Below, piece by piece: positions 35,627-45,630 of a stretch of DNA of 64,000 nt. Each line of letters starts with the position of its first letter. The first letter of the stretch is position 1. The stretch covers positions 2,048,001-2,112,000 of the forward strand of contig OY760505.1 in assembly GCA_963663545.1 (NCBI GenBank), given 5' to 3'. The stretch comes from Candidatus Delongbacteria bacterium (GTDB lineage: Bacteria; CAIWAD01). A program made the position numbers and the translations under genes. Below the pieces are notes generated by a model, which saw only the letters and a program-made list of their open reading frames with translations, ran no database searches and was not told the origin of the DNA.

Positions 35627-38272
35627 GTGACCATGACAACTTTTCTGGAGCAGTACACCCCTTCTCCTTGGCAGATTGACCATGTGAATCTTCACGTCAA
35701 CCTGTTTCAGGATCACGCGCTCATTCGCAGCAAACTCTCCCTGCGACAGAATGAGCAATCCCCGGTACCCGGCGGCAAGTTGCGCCTCAATGGCGAGAAT
35801 CAGCAGCTGATCGAGTTGTTGGTGGACGGCATTAAACTCACGCCTGAGCGCTTTCATCTGGAAGACGAGGTGCTGACCATTGCCGGATTGCCTGCCGAGT
35901 GCGAATTGGAAATCGTAACACGCAGCGAGCCACAAAACAACCGCGAGCTCTCTGGCTTGTATCGCTCAGGAAGCATGTACTGCACACAGTGCGAGGCGGA
36001 AGGCTTCCGGCGTATCACGTTCTTCCTGGATCGACCCGATGTGATGGCACGCTATACGACTACGATCGAGGCCGATGAACAAGCCTGTCCGGTGCTGCTT
36101 TCCAACGGCAATTTGGTGCGTCAGGAAAAGCTCCCCGGCGGACGGCACGTAGCCGTGTGGGAAGACCCTTTCCGCAAGCCCTGCTATCTATTCGCTCTCG
36201 TGGCCGGTAAGCTGTCACACATTGAGGATCATCATACTACTTCGAGCGGTCGTTGTGTCACGCTGCGCATCTACACCGAAGCGCACAATGCGCACCGTTG
36301 TGATTTTGCCATGACCTCGCTCAAGCAGGCGATGCGCTGGGACGAAGAGACCTTTGGTCGCGAGTATGACCTGGATCTGTTCAACATCGTCGCTGTGGAT
36401 GATTTCAATATGGGCGCGATGGAGAACAAGGGGCTGAACATCTTCAACTCCACCGCCGTATTGGCTCGTCCGGATTGCACGACCGACGAGAATTTCGCTC
36501 GCATCAATTCTGTTGTGGCGCACGAGTACTTCCACAACTGGTCTGGCAACCGTGTCACATGTCGCGACTGGTTCCAGCTGACGTTAAAGGAAGGGTTGAC
36601 CGTGCTACGTGAGCAACTCTTCTCGGCTGACATGTACAACGAGGGCGTGATACGCATGCGCGAAGTGGACTACATGCGCAGCGTGCAGTTCCCAGAGGAC
36701 GCAGGCCCGACCTCGCATCCCATTCAGCCGCGCAGCTATTTGAAGATCGACAACTTCTACACCCCGACTGTCTATGAAAAAGGCGCCGAGGTGATACGAA
36801 TGATCCGCACACTGTTGGGCACTGAGGCCTTTCGCAAGGGAATGGACCTCTACTTCAGCCGCCATGATGGTACGGCCGCTACCACAGAAGATTTTGTGCG
36901 CGCGATGGAAGACGCCAGTGGCCGTGATCTCAAGCAGTTCCGGCGTTGGTATCAGCAGGCGGGAACGCCCACCGTTACCATCAGTGAGGACTGGAACTGC
37001 AAGTCTGGCGAATACAGCGTACACGTCAAGCAGGAGCAACCCGAACGCGATGATTATCCCTCGCCCGGTCCGCTCCACATTCCGCTGGCCATCGGCCTGT
37101 TGGATGCAGATGGAAACGAGCTGCCTTGTCGTCTCACGGGCGACGAGGAAATGCCTGTAGGAACTCGTGTGTTGGAGCTGCGAGACGAAGAGCAGACCTT
37201 TACTTTCGCCGGACTGCCGCAGCGTCCTGTGCTTTCACCCTTGCGTGCTTTCAGCGCACCCGTGATTCTGCAGCATGATTGCCCGATGGAGGAGCTGGCC
37301 TTCCGCTTCGCCAACGACAACGATCAGTGCGCGCGATGGGATGCAGGCAATCAACTAATGCTGCGTGCAGTGCTGGCCGCCATCCGTGAGCACCAGCAAG
37401 GACACGAACTGCGAGCGGATACTCTGCTTGTCGAAACCTATGGCAGAACGCTGGCACAGGCCTTCGATGATCCCTTTTTCTATGCCGAGGCACTGCGTAT
37501 GCCGACGTACGCGGTCATCGGTCAACACTTGAATACGATAGATGTCCAGGCGATCAACGCTGTGCTGCGTTTTTACGGCAGCGTGTTTGCCGATGCCCAC
37601 CGTGATACATTGCTAGAACTGGTGGATCGTTGCCGCAAGCTGGAATTGCAGGACAATCTTGCAGAGCAGCACAATGCTCACGCGATGGGCCTACGAAGCC
37701 TTCGTAATGGCTGCCTGACCATGCTGATGGAGACACCCAGCGCGGAATACCAGCGCATGTGTTACAAGCTCTTTGCTGACAGTGCGAACATGACTGATGC
37801 ACAGGCAGCGCTTTCTGTGCTGAATCACGTTTCTTGCGAGGAGCGCGAACAGGCCTTCCAGGAATTCGACGAGCGGTGGCGCAAGGACAATCTGGTCATG
37901 AACTCATGGTTCCGTCTGCAGGCGTTCTCGCGGCTGGAGAATACTCTGGATCGGGTGGACAAGCTGCGCGAGCATCCCGCCTACGACGAACACAACCCGA
38001 ACAAAGTGCGTGCCCTGGTGGCCGGTTTCTCGACCAACCACGTGCGCTTTCATGCCGCCGACGGCAGCGGTTACCGCTTCCTGACCGAGCGTGTTCTAGA
38101 GGCTGACCAGTTCAATGCACAGCTAGGGAGCCAATTGGTGCGTCCGCTGGCACGCTGGCGCCGCTATGGTGAGACACAGGGCAGTTTGATGCGGCAGCAG
38201 TTGGAGCGCATCAAGGCAAGTGTGCGTCTGTCGGATAATGTTCGCGAGATTGTAACACGCGCGCTGCGCTAA
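35627..38272 (+). CDS. pepN: Aminopeptidase N (M1)
   Basis: TQCEAEGFRRIT, GAMENK, HEYFHNW..E, YEKGAEV, NPNKVRAL. Confidence 0.96.
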   Translation: MTMTTFLEQYTPSPWQIDHVNLHVNLFQDHALIRSKLSLRQNEQSPVPGGKLRLNGENQQLIELLVDGIKLTPERFHLEDEVLTIAGLPAECELEIVTRSEPQNNRELSGLYRSGSMYCTQCEAEGFRRITFFLDRPDVMARYTTTIEADEQACPVLLSNGNLVRQEKLPGGRHVAVWEDPFRKPCYLFALVAGKLSHIEDHHTTSSGRCVTLRIYTEAHNAHRCDFAMTSLKQAMRWDEETFGREYDLDLFNIVAVDDFNMGAMENKGLNIFNSTAVLARPDCTTDENFARINSVVAHEYFHNWSGNRVTCRDWFQLTLKEGLTVLREQLFSADMYNEGVIRMREVDYMRSVQFPEDAGPTSHPIQPRSYLKIDNFYTPTVYEKGAEVIRMIRTLLGTEAFRKGMDLYFSRHDGTAATTEDFVRAMEDASGRDLKQFRRWYQQAGTPTVTISEDWNCKSGEYSVHVKQEQPERDDYPSPGPLHIPLAIGLLDADGNELPCRLTGDEEMPVGTRVLELRDEEQTFTFAGLPQRPVLSPLRAFSAPVILQHDCPMEELAFRFANDNDQCARWDAGNQLMLRAVLAAIREHQQGHELRADTLLVETYGRTLAQAFDDPFFYAEALRMPTYAVIGQHLNTIDVQAINAVLRFYGSVFADAHRDTLLELVDRCRKLELQDNLAEQHNAHAMGLRSLRNGCLTMLMETPSAEYQRMCYKLFADSANMTDAQAALSVLNHVSCEEREQAFQEFDERWRKDNLVMNSWFRLQAFSRLENTLDRVDKLREHPAYDEHNPNKVRALVAGFSTNHVRFHAADGSGYRFLTERVLEADQFNAQLGSQLVRPLARWRRYGETQGSLMRQQLERIKASVRLSDNVREIVTRALR

Positions 38273-38292
38273 AGGATCGCTCGAGTGTTTAC

Positions 38293-38317
38293 AGCCCCCG
38301 CTGGTCGGGGGCTTTTT
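38293..38317 (+). terminator. Rho-independent terminator
   Basis: AGCCCCCG-CTGGT-CGGGGGCT-TTTT. Confidence 0.85.
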
Positions 38318-38381
38318 AACTCTTTGGATGTGGGCCTCTGCTGCGCCATTGGTAAACTGCTGTGTGGCAAAAGGAGTCGAC

Positions 38382-38864
38382 ATGAGTGACAGCAGACCCA
38401 GTTGGGACGACTACTTCCTCGGCCTCGTGCACGAAGTCTCCAAACGCGCGACTTGTGATCGCGGCAAGAGTGGTTGTCTGATTGTCCGAGACAAGCGAAT
38501 CATCTGCACGGGCTACGTCGGTTCGCCGCCGGGAATGCCGCATTGCGACGAAGTGGGACATAATCTCAAACGCGTTCTAAACGAAGACGGAAGCATCAGT
38601 CAGCACTGTGTACGGACAATTCATGCCGAACAAAACGCCATCTGTCAGGCGGCCCGCTATGGAGTGCCGCTGGATGGCGCCACGCTGTACTGCACCATGG
38701 AACCCTGTCGTGTTTGCGCAATGATGATAATCAGCGTTGGTATCACGCGTGTTGTTGCTCAGCGCAGGTATCACGCCGCCCAGGAGACTCGCGAGATGTT
38801 TGAACTGGCCGGCATTGAGCTGATAGTAGCCGAAGACCGACTTCAGGAGTATGATCAGCAGTGA
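38382..38864 (+). CDS. dCMP deaminase family (ComEB-like)
   Basis: RPSWDDYF, RATCDR, HAEQNAI, PC..C. Confidence 0.92.
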   Translation: MSDSRPSWDDYFLGLVHEVSKRATCDRGKSGCLIVRDKRIICTGYVGSPPGMPHCDEVGHNLKRVLNEDGSISQHCVRTIHAEQNAICQAARYGVPLDGATLYCTMEPCRVCAMMIISVGITRVVAQRRYHAAQETREMFELAGIELIVAEDRLQEYDQQ

Positions 38865-39565
38865 GTGGAGCTCCCGACGGCCTGTTTCCTACAATGCGTT
38901 GCATTGGCTGCCGAATGATGCCGGGACTTTGCGTGTGCAACGTCATTCCACGCAGTGATACAAGAACGCGCGTCGTCGTTGTGATGCATCAGGTAGAGAG
39001 CATGCGTAATACAAATTCGGGACGCCTGGTTCCGGTGGCGCTTCGCAAAGGCGAAATTCGCTTGTGGGGCTTGCGCGAGCATGCTTTTGATGAAAGCGGT
39101 CTTTGCGATTCTGCGCGGAGGACAATGGTGCTGTTTCCCAGTGCCAAGGCTGAGGTCCTGACTCCAAATCTCATTGCCCGTGATACAAGACCAGTTACCT
39201 TGGTCGTGCCGGACGGAACCTGGAACCATGCACGGCGCATTCCTGCGCGGATCCCCTCGCTGCAAAATGCAGAGCATGTACGGTTACCCTTTGCTGGCGA
39301 AAGCACATATCAACTTCGCACGGAGAGCGCGCCGGATCGCCTGGCCACTTTCGAGGCCATTGCCAGGGCGATGGGCATTCTAGAAGGGCCCCTTGTTCGC
39401 GAACGCATGGAAGAGCTGTTTCGCGTGATGGTTGATCGATTGTTGTACATCAGCGGCAAGAAGCCGCGTGAGGACGTTTTTGGGGGGATACCGCTGCCAC
39501 CGGGGAGACGCGTGCAGAAACGCCTAGCACGCAAGAGCACGGTGCGGTCAGGAGAGGTGGAATGA
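38861..39565 (+). CDS. DTW-domain tRNA aminocarboxypropyltransferase (TapT/YfiP-like)
   Basis: RC..C......C.C, H..E....NSG, LFPS, DGTW, LATFEA. Confidence 0.88.
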   Translation: MSGAPDGLFPTMRCIGCRMMPGLCVCNVIPRSDTRTRVVVVMHQVESMRNTNSGRLVPVALRKGEIRLWGLREHAFDESGLCDSARRTMVLFPSAKAEVLTPNLIARDTRPVTLVVPDGTWNHARRIPARIPSLQNAEHVRLPFAGESTYQLRTESAPDRLATFEAIARAMGILEGPLVRERMEELFRVMVDRLLYISGKKPREDVFGGIPLPPGRRVQKRLARKSTVRSGEVE

Positions 39566-41094
39566 AGTCTGTATCACAAGCAATTGCACTTGGTGTGGCA
39601 AGCCTGATGCTTGCTGGTTGTCTGGGGTTGCAAACCCGGGATGGTGAGGCTCCAGCCGTTGCATCGGCGCGTTTCTATTTCACGCAGTCCGGCGACAGCC
39701 TGCGACTGGATGCGCTACAGTACTTGATAGAAAACATGGCGTACCACGGCTTTGTCGAGTTTGAGCTGGTGGACAGCCTGGATCACGTCGTGAATGTGGA
39801 TGTGTTGTCCCGACCGGATCTCACTTCACTTCGGGCACACATTGATTCCCTTGAACAGAACCTGGGCGAGCTGCGCTACAAGCGGCGTAATTATGTCGCC
39901 GATGAGGAGGCCGTTACAGCGGCTTTCTTGATTGACAACATAGAACTGGCTTTCGAAGCCTGGCAACTCCCGTGGGCCAGACATTTGAGCTACGAGCAGT
40001 TCCGCGACTTTGTCCTTCCCTACCGGGGATCCAATGAACCGTTGGAAGACTGGCGCAAGCCCTTGTACGATCGCTACCGTCACGTTGGTGATACAATGCA
40101 GGATCCTTCAGATCCGATTCAGGTTGCGGCACGCGTAAACGCCGATCTGCGTGGCTGGTTCGGCTTTGACGAGCGTTTCTATCTACACCCCACCGACCAG
40201 GGCTACTCACAAATGTGTGACACACGTCTAGGTCGTTGTGAGGATATGACCAACTTGACGATTTTCGCCATGCGCGCTGTCGGGTTGGCTGTAACCAGCG
40301 ACTATACGCCCTATTGGGCCGATTGCTCAAACAATCACGCATGGAACGCAATTCTGGGCAAGGATGGACAAGCCATACCTTTCATGGGCTGTGAAGCTGA
40401 TCCGGGAAAGTACGAGCTCGGACATCGCCTGGCAAAAGTGTATCGCCACACCTTTTCCGAGCAGCTGGCGTGTCACGCAGCCCTTCTAAGCGAAGGGGAG
40501 CAAGCACCTCGTTGGTTGAGTGGACGCAATTATATTGATGTAACACGAGACTACATTGCAGTCAATAACGTGCGCATTACTCCCATGATCGAAGCTCCCA
40601 CGAAGAACTCCCGCTTCTTGTATCTCTGCGTCTTCAATGATGGTGATTGGCGAGCCATTCACTGGGCAAAACTGGAGAATGGCTCAGCGGTTTTTGAGGA
40701 TATGGGACGTAATGTCTGCTATCTACCGGCCTGGTATCACGAAGGGGAGCTGTATCCAGCCTGCGCGCCTTTCATCCTGGATCAGCAAGGTGATACACAC
40801 GACCTCTTCGGCAAGGGAATTCCCATGAGCTTTATGGCGCGTTCAACAACACGTGACCATTTCGAACAGGCCACGGTGAACAATACAGTGCACAAACTGG
40901 AATCTGGTTGCCGTTATGAGCTGTTTCAGTGGCGTGATACAAACTGGGCTTCGCTTGGTGAGCAAACGGTAGGCGAGGAGGCACTGGAATTCAGTCGTTG
41001 TCCGCAAGATGCCCTGTACTGGCTTGTTGAAGTGGACGGAAGGAAACAAGAGCGCATCTTCACACTGAAGGATCACGAACAAGTCTGGTGGTAG
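39562..41094 (+). CDS. Transglutaminase-like lipoprotein
   Basis: Lipobox LAGC; F..FVLPYR..NEPLE; GRC (Cys), NNHAWN (His). Confidence 0.8.
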   Translation: MKSVSQAIALGVASLMLAGCLGLQTRDGEAPAVASARFYFTQSGDSLRLDALQYLIENMAYHGFVEFELVDSLDHVVNVDVLSRPDLTSLRAHIDSLEQNLGELRYKRRNYVADEEAVTAAFLIDNIELAFEAWQLPWARHLSYEQFRDFVLPYRGSNEPLEDWRKPLYDRYRHVGDTMQDPSDPIQVAARVNADLRGWFGFDERFYLHPTDQGYSQMCDTRLGRCEDMTNLTIFAMRAVGLAVTSDYTPYWADCSNNHAWNAILGKDGQAIPFMGCEADPGKYELGHRLAKVYRHTFSEQLACHAALLSEGEQAPRWLSGRNYIDVTRDYIAVNNVRITPMIEAPTKNSRFLYLCVFNDGDWRAIHWAKLENGSAVFEDMGRNVCYLPAWYHEGELYPACAPFILDQQGDTHDLFGKGIPMSFMARSTTRDHFEQATVNNTVHKLESGCRYELFQWRDTNWASLGEQTVGEEALEFSRCPQDALYWLVEVDGRKQERIFTLKDHEQVWW

Positions 41095-41102
41095 GAGACA
41101 GG

Positions 41103-41774
41103 ATGAAGAAACACATCTGGGTTGTCGTTGTGATACTGCTCGCGAGTCTTTCCGTGCAGGCGGCGCAACGCATTCATCGCTTCCCGCGACCTCAAATGGA
41201 AGGCGGTATGCCGCTTTACGAAGCGTTGAGCAAGCGAGCCAGTGAACGTGAGTTTCACACTACGCCTATTCCAGACCGCGTTCTGGGAAACCTGCTCTGG
41301 GCCGCGTTTGGTGTAAATCGAAAAGAAGACGGCAAGCGTACTGCGCCCAGCACGCGCAACTGGCAAGCGATCGACATTTACATCTGCACCGCACAGGGCT
41401 TCTTTCGCTATGAGCCAGCCGCGCACGGGATGATCAAACTTGGTGATACAGACTTGCGCGCCGAGACAGGAACGCAGAATTTTGCGGGCAAGGCGCCGGT
41501 GAATCTCGTCTACGTTGCCGATACGCGCAGAATGAAAACCCTGGGTGGCCTGAGCGACCAAGAGAAGACCTTCTACGGTGCAGCCGATACGGGCTTCATT
41601 GCTCAGAACGTCTATCTCTTTTGCGCCAGTGAAGGGCTCAATACGGTAGTACGCGCATCCGTCGACCGTAAGGATCTCGCAGAATTGCTTGGCTTGGAAG
41701 AGGGACAGGAAATCACCCTGTGTCAGACAATTGGATATCCCCCCACAGTGGGAGAAGAAGGGAGCGAGCGCTAA
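41103..41774 (+). CDS. Nitroreductase, SagB/ThcOx-like family
   Basis: AL..RASEREF, LLWAAFGVN, RTAPS..NWQ, GFIAQNVYL; N-terminal signal-like segment. Confidence 0.88.
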   Translation: MKKHIWVVVVILLASLSVQAAQRIHRFPRPQMEGGMPLYEALSKRASEREFHTTPIPDRVLGNLLWAAFGVNRKEDGKRTAPSTRNWQAIDIYICTAQGFFRYEPAAHGMIKLGDTDLRAETGTQNFAGKAPVNLVYVADTRRMKTLGGLSDQEKTFYGAADTGFIAQNVYLFCASEGLNTVVRASVDRKDLAELLGLEEGQEITLCQTIGYPPTVGEEGSER

Positions 41775-42662
41775 ATGCGTGCGATTGGTGTGATACGTCC
41801 GAACTTCTTGACCTTGGCGTTGTTTTGCGGTCTGCTGGCCTGGGCATCCGTTCTTGTCGAGGGCTTTCACCCTGCTTGGTGGCAGGTCGTCCTGGCCGTG
41901 ATGGGAGCTATTCTGGGGCACGCGGCTGTCAACGCCTTCAATGAAGTTTCCGATTTCACCAGCGGACTTGATTTGCGTACCGTGCGCACTCCCTTTTCCG
42001 GTGGATCCGGCACTTTGCCTACTAACCCCGATGCCCTTCCTGCTGCTCGGATTATCGCCTGGGTGACCCTGCTACTAACGGTTGCCATCGGTCTGTGGTT
42101 TGTGATACACAGCGGTTACCAGCTGCTGAGTTACGGGTTGGTGGGAGTTGTTCTGATTCTGCTTTACACGCGCTGGATCACGCGTAATCCGATACTCTGC
42201 CTGATGGCACCGGGGTTAGGATTTGGTCCGGTCATGATTGCTGGTGCTGCCCATGCCTTAGCGGGACAGTTCTCGCCAGTCGCCTTCTGGGCTTCGCTAC
42301 CCATGTTTTTCCTTGTCAGCAACTTGCTGCTGTTAAATCAATTGCCCGATGTCGAAGCGGATCGCAGTGTCGATCGAGACCATCTTGTGATACGCCACGG
42401 TGTGAAAAGCGCTGTTCGCGTGTTTGTGCTCTTTAGCGTGCTGGCTCCACTCTCGTTGCTACTGGGCGTGACACTCCATCAGCTTCCGTTGGGTGCCCTG
42501 GCGGGATTGCTGACACTGCCCGCATTGATGTTGTCTGCCAGAGGCGCGATGCGCAGTTTACGCGAGCCGGAAGCGCTCAAAGCGGCGCTAGTGCTGAATG
42601 TTGTGGCCAACAACCTGACGCCGCTGGCGATGTTTGCAGGCATGATGCTGTTCTCCCGATGA
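41775..42662 (+). CDS. UbiA-family prenyltransferase (MenA-like)
   Basis: N..NE..DF.SGLD, RTPFSGGSG, NQLPDVEAD; multiple transmembrane helices. Confidence 0.85.
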   Translation: MRAIGVIRPNFLTLALFCGLLAWASVLVEGFHPAWWQVVLAVMGAILGHAAVNAFNEVSDFTSGLDLRTVRTPFSGGSGTLPTNPDALPAARIIAWVTLLLTVAIGLWFVIHSGYQLLSYGLVGVVLILLYTRWITRNPILCLMAPGLGFGPVMIAGAAHALAGQFSPVAFWASLPMFFLVSNLLLLNQLPDVEADRSVDRDHLVIRHGVKSAVRVFVLFSVLAPLSLLLGVTLHQLPLGALAGLLTLPALMLSARGAMRSLREPEALKAALVLNVVANNLTPLAMFAGMMLFSR

Positions 42663-42689
42663 CCCTCAGACCAAGGAAAGGAGCGCCCG

Positions 42690-43295
42690 GTGAATCACCC
42701 CCCCGAACTGCAAGCGATCTGGGCCAAGCTGGAGAAGGGTGCGGCGGCACAGGCCGAAGCCATGTGTCGCGAGAAATTGAATGGCTGTACGGACAAGGAA
42801 CTCCGGCGTGAGGTTGAAAACCTGCTTGGTTACGCCTTGGTCGCCTTACAGCAGTTTGAAGAAGCGCGCGAGCTCTACAAGCGCTTGTTTGTGGACAGTG
42901 GTGACCATCGTTACCTGCACCAATTGGCGATGGTAGAACGTGAAGCCGGGGCCTATGAGAGGGCGCTGGAGTACGTCAAACAGGAAGCGACGCTCATTCC
43001 GGCGGACGACGCGCTGGCACTTGCCGCGAACCTCTATGAGGCAAGCCTGATCAGCTATTTCCTTTCACAGGTGCCCCAGGCGCACACATACGCCGAAAGC
43101 TGCCTACAGCAAGCACTGTGTTGTGATGACCAGGTAATGCGGGGCTGTGCTTGGCGTCTGAGCGGCGAATTAGCCAAGGCAGAATCACAGATCGCGCGAG
43201 CGCGTGAGTGCTTCCAGAATGCGATTGAAGCTTTCGAAGCGGGTGACGACGGCATTGCTGCTGCTGAAATTCGCCTACATCTCAGTAATCTATAA
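42690..43295 (+). CDS. TPR-like protein
   Basis: Helical repeats (LGYALVALQQFEEA, LHQLAMVEREAG.YE.A); AAGGAG RBS. Confidence 0.7.
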   Translation: MNHPPELQAIWAKLEKGAAAQAEAMCREKLNGCTDKELRREVENLLGYALVALQQFEEARELYKRLFVDSGDHRYLHQLAMVEREAGAYERALEYVKQEATLIPADDALALAANLYEASLISYFLSQVPQAHTYAESCLQQALCCDDQVMRGCAWRLSGELAKAESQIARARECFQNAIEAFEAGDDGIAAAEIRLHLSNL

Positions 43296-43362
43296 CCCTG
43301 GGTACGTCGCCGGGAACAATCTTAGACTAGCCTGACTACGAGGCCTTCATGCGGGAGGTCTT

Positions 43363-44301
43363 ATGCAAGTGCATCGCCTGATCTGGGTGTCGGCGCTCGT
43401 GCTGCTGACTCATCTGGTTGCGTCGTGCCGGGAGGAGAACGTGAACGATCAGCCCACTTATCGCCCACTGACGACCAGCGAGGAGCGCGTCATTGTTCGC
43501 AAGGGCACCGAGCGGGCCTTTAGTGGCGACTTGTACCACAACGAGTTGTCCGGTACATATCATTGTCGCCGGTGCAATGCTGCTTTGTATCACTCGCGCG
43601 ACAAGTTCGACTCGGGATGCGGATGGCCGAGCTTCGATGACGAAGTCGAGGGGGCCGTTCGCCGTGTACCGGATGCCGACGGTCGCCGCACTGAAATTGT
43701 CTGTGCCAGCTGCGGTGGCCACCTTGGTCATGTATTTCTGGGCGAGGGCTTTACGGGGAAAGATACCCGGCATTGCGTCAACAGCGTTTCCATGACCTTT
43801 GTACCTGATTCGGTCCAGCAGGAACGAGCGCTGTTCGCCGGTGGCTGCTTCTGGGGCAGCGAGTACTTTCTGCAACAAATCCCCGGTGTACTTTCCACAA
43901 CAGTCGGATACACGGGTGGGGATGTATCACACCCTAGCTATCAGCAGGTATGCACAGGTACAACAGGGCACGCCGAGGCGGTCGAAGTTGTTTTCAATCC
44001 GCACGAAGTGAGTTTTGCGCAGGTGGCGCGTGTTTTCTTTGAGACTCACGATCCTGGACAATTAAACCGGCAGGGCCCGGATGTCGGGGAGCAGTATCGT
44101 AGCGCGCTGTATTACACCTCCGAGGAGCAACACCAGACTGCAGAAGAACTGGTTGCCCTGCTAAGGGAGAAGGGTCAACGCGTTGTGACACAAATTCTGC
44201 CAGCCGGTGAATTCTATCCCGCTGAGGAGTATCATCAGGACTATTACATGCACAAGGGAACGCTCCCCTACTGCCATGTGTATCGGCCTCGATTTGAGTA
44301 A
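43363..44301 (+). CDS. msrAB: Bifunctional methionine sulfoxide reductase MsrB-MsrA, probable lipoprotein
   Basis: Lipobox LVASC; MsrB KGTERAF, GCGWPSF, RHCVNS; MsrA GGCFWG, AEEYHQDYY. Confidence 0.93.
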   Translation: MQVHRLIWVSALVLLTHLVASCREENVNDQPTYRPLTTSEERVIVRKGTERAFSGDLYHNELSGTYHCRRCNAALYHSRDKFDSGCGWPSFDDEVEGAVRRVPDADGRRTEIVCASCGGHLGHVFLGEGFTGKDTRHCVNSVSMTFVPDSVQQERALFAGGCFWGSEYFLQQIPGVLSTTVGYTGGDVSHPSYQQVCTGTTGHAEAVEVVFNPHEVSFAQVARVFFETHDPGQLNRQGPDVGEQYRSALYYTSEEQHQTAEELVALLREKGQRVVTQILPAGEFYPAEEYHQDYYMHKGTLPYCHVYRPRFE

Positions 44302-44555
44302 GTAACTCCGCTTTGTCACACGTCGCCCCACGTGTGACATGCCATCCTTTGGATGGTACCTCCTTTCCGCTGCGTCATACGCAGCACGCGCGCTGTGACA
44401 GAACATGGCGCGTGCGTATCATGACGTGGAGCCTCTGCGCCCGACCAGGAAGCGAAAGCGATCCGGGAACCGGGCGCAGGGGTGTTTTTACGCTGCCAAT
44501 TCGGATTTGTACCGCAAGCCTGAGCCAAGCTACCTTGCAGGAAAGTGAGGTACAC

Positions 44556-45101
44556 ATGCACGATATGCTTCATGGCCGGAAGCGCGACCAGCGCGTGCTA
44601 CAACTTCCTGAGCGGATTCCGCCGGAGATCGCGCGTTGGATCTGGGTTTTGACCGATACGCGTGAGCGCACGATTGCCAGTTTGCGTGGAGTCGATCAGG
44701 ATCTTCTGGATCGCGAACCCCACCACGGAAACAGCATCGCTAGCCTGCTGTATCACATTGCCGTCATCGAGCTGTCCTATCTCTACGAAGACATCCTGGG
44801 ACTTGGTTGGTGCGAGGAGTTGTCCACCATGGTGGATCACGGTGTGCGCGAAGAGGATGGTCATCTGGTGCGAGTTCGCGGTGAGACTCTGCAGCGACAC
44901 CTCGAGCGACTGGAGGCATCACGCAGTCTGCTTATCGGCACCTTGGTGGAGATGAAGCCGGAAGAGCTTCCTCGAACCCGTATTACCGCAGACTACACCA
45001 TATCGACCGAGTGGGCCTTGCATCATCTTGTGCAACATGAAGCACAACATCGCGGACAGATCGAGTTGACGCGACTTATCTACAAGGAGCAGGAAGCATG
45101 A
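44556..45101 (+). CDS. DinB/YfiT (DUF664-like) family protein
   Basis: NSIASLLYHIA..E, W.LHHLVQHEAQHRGQI; GAGG RBS. Confidence 0.85.
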   Translation: MHDMLHGRKRDQRVLQLPERIPPEIARWIWVLTDTRERTIASLRGVDQDLLDREPHHGNSIASLLYHIAVIELSYLYEDILGLGWCEELSTMVDHGVREEDGHLVRVRGETLQRHLERLEASRSLLIGTLVEMKPEELPRTRITADYTISTEWALHHLVQHEAQHRGQIELTRLIYKEQEA

Positions 45102-45613
45102 TGCTGTTGAACAAGGAGGAGTTGCTGACGGCGTTTCTCCGCGAAATCGATATCTGCATTCATTTGTATCACAAGCTCCCAGCAGACTCACTGGAATTCC
45201 GGCCCACGCCCGGGCAGCGATCGGTTCTTGAGCTGCTGCAGTACATCAGCTACATGACAGCGGGCTTTGTGAAGGCGGTTGTTCAGGAGGAGTGGGAGCT
45301 CTATCGTTGTGGCGAGGCGAACTGTCACGACCTGAAGGCCAGCGACTTTCCGGAAGCAATGGAAGAGCAGAAGAGGCTTCTGCGAGAGCTGTTTGCTTCG
45401 CTAAGCGAAGATCAGATACGGGCACGTCGTGTGACAATGCCCTGGGGAGAAGAAGTGAGCCTGGGCGCAGGGTTGCTGGAGTTTCCCTATCGCTGCATCG
45501 TCGGTTATCGCATGCAGCTCTTTCTTTACGCCAAGGCAGCGGGCAACAGCGACATCAGCACCGCCAACTGCTGGGCGGGCGTCGATGTGAACACGGCCAA
45601 GGCCGTCAAGTAA
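45098..45613 (+). CDS. DinB-like four-helix-bundle protein
   Basis: LEFRPTPGQRS..ELLQYI, YRMQLFLY.K..G; ATGA overlap. Confidence 0.7.
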   Translation: MMLLNKEELLTAFLREIDICIHLYHKLPADSLEFRPTPGQRSVLELLQYISYMTAGFVKAVVQEEWELYRCGEANCHDLKASDFPEAMEEQKRLLRELFASLSEDQIRARRVTMPWGEEVSLGAGLLEFPYRCIVGYRMQLFLYAKAAGNSDISTANCWAGVDVNTAKAVK

Positions 45614-45630
45614 GAGTGGGTGATTCGAAC

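Noticed and set aside
44351..44368. 16S rRNA 3' fragment (GGATGGTACCTCCTTT)
   Set aside because: Only the anti-SD core matches; no flanking rRNA sequence.
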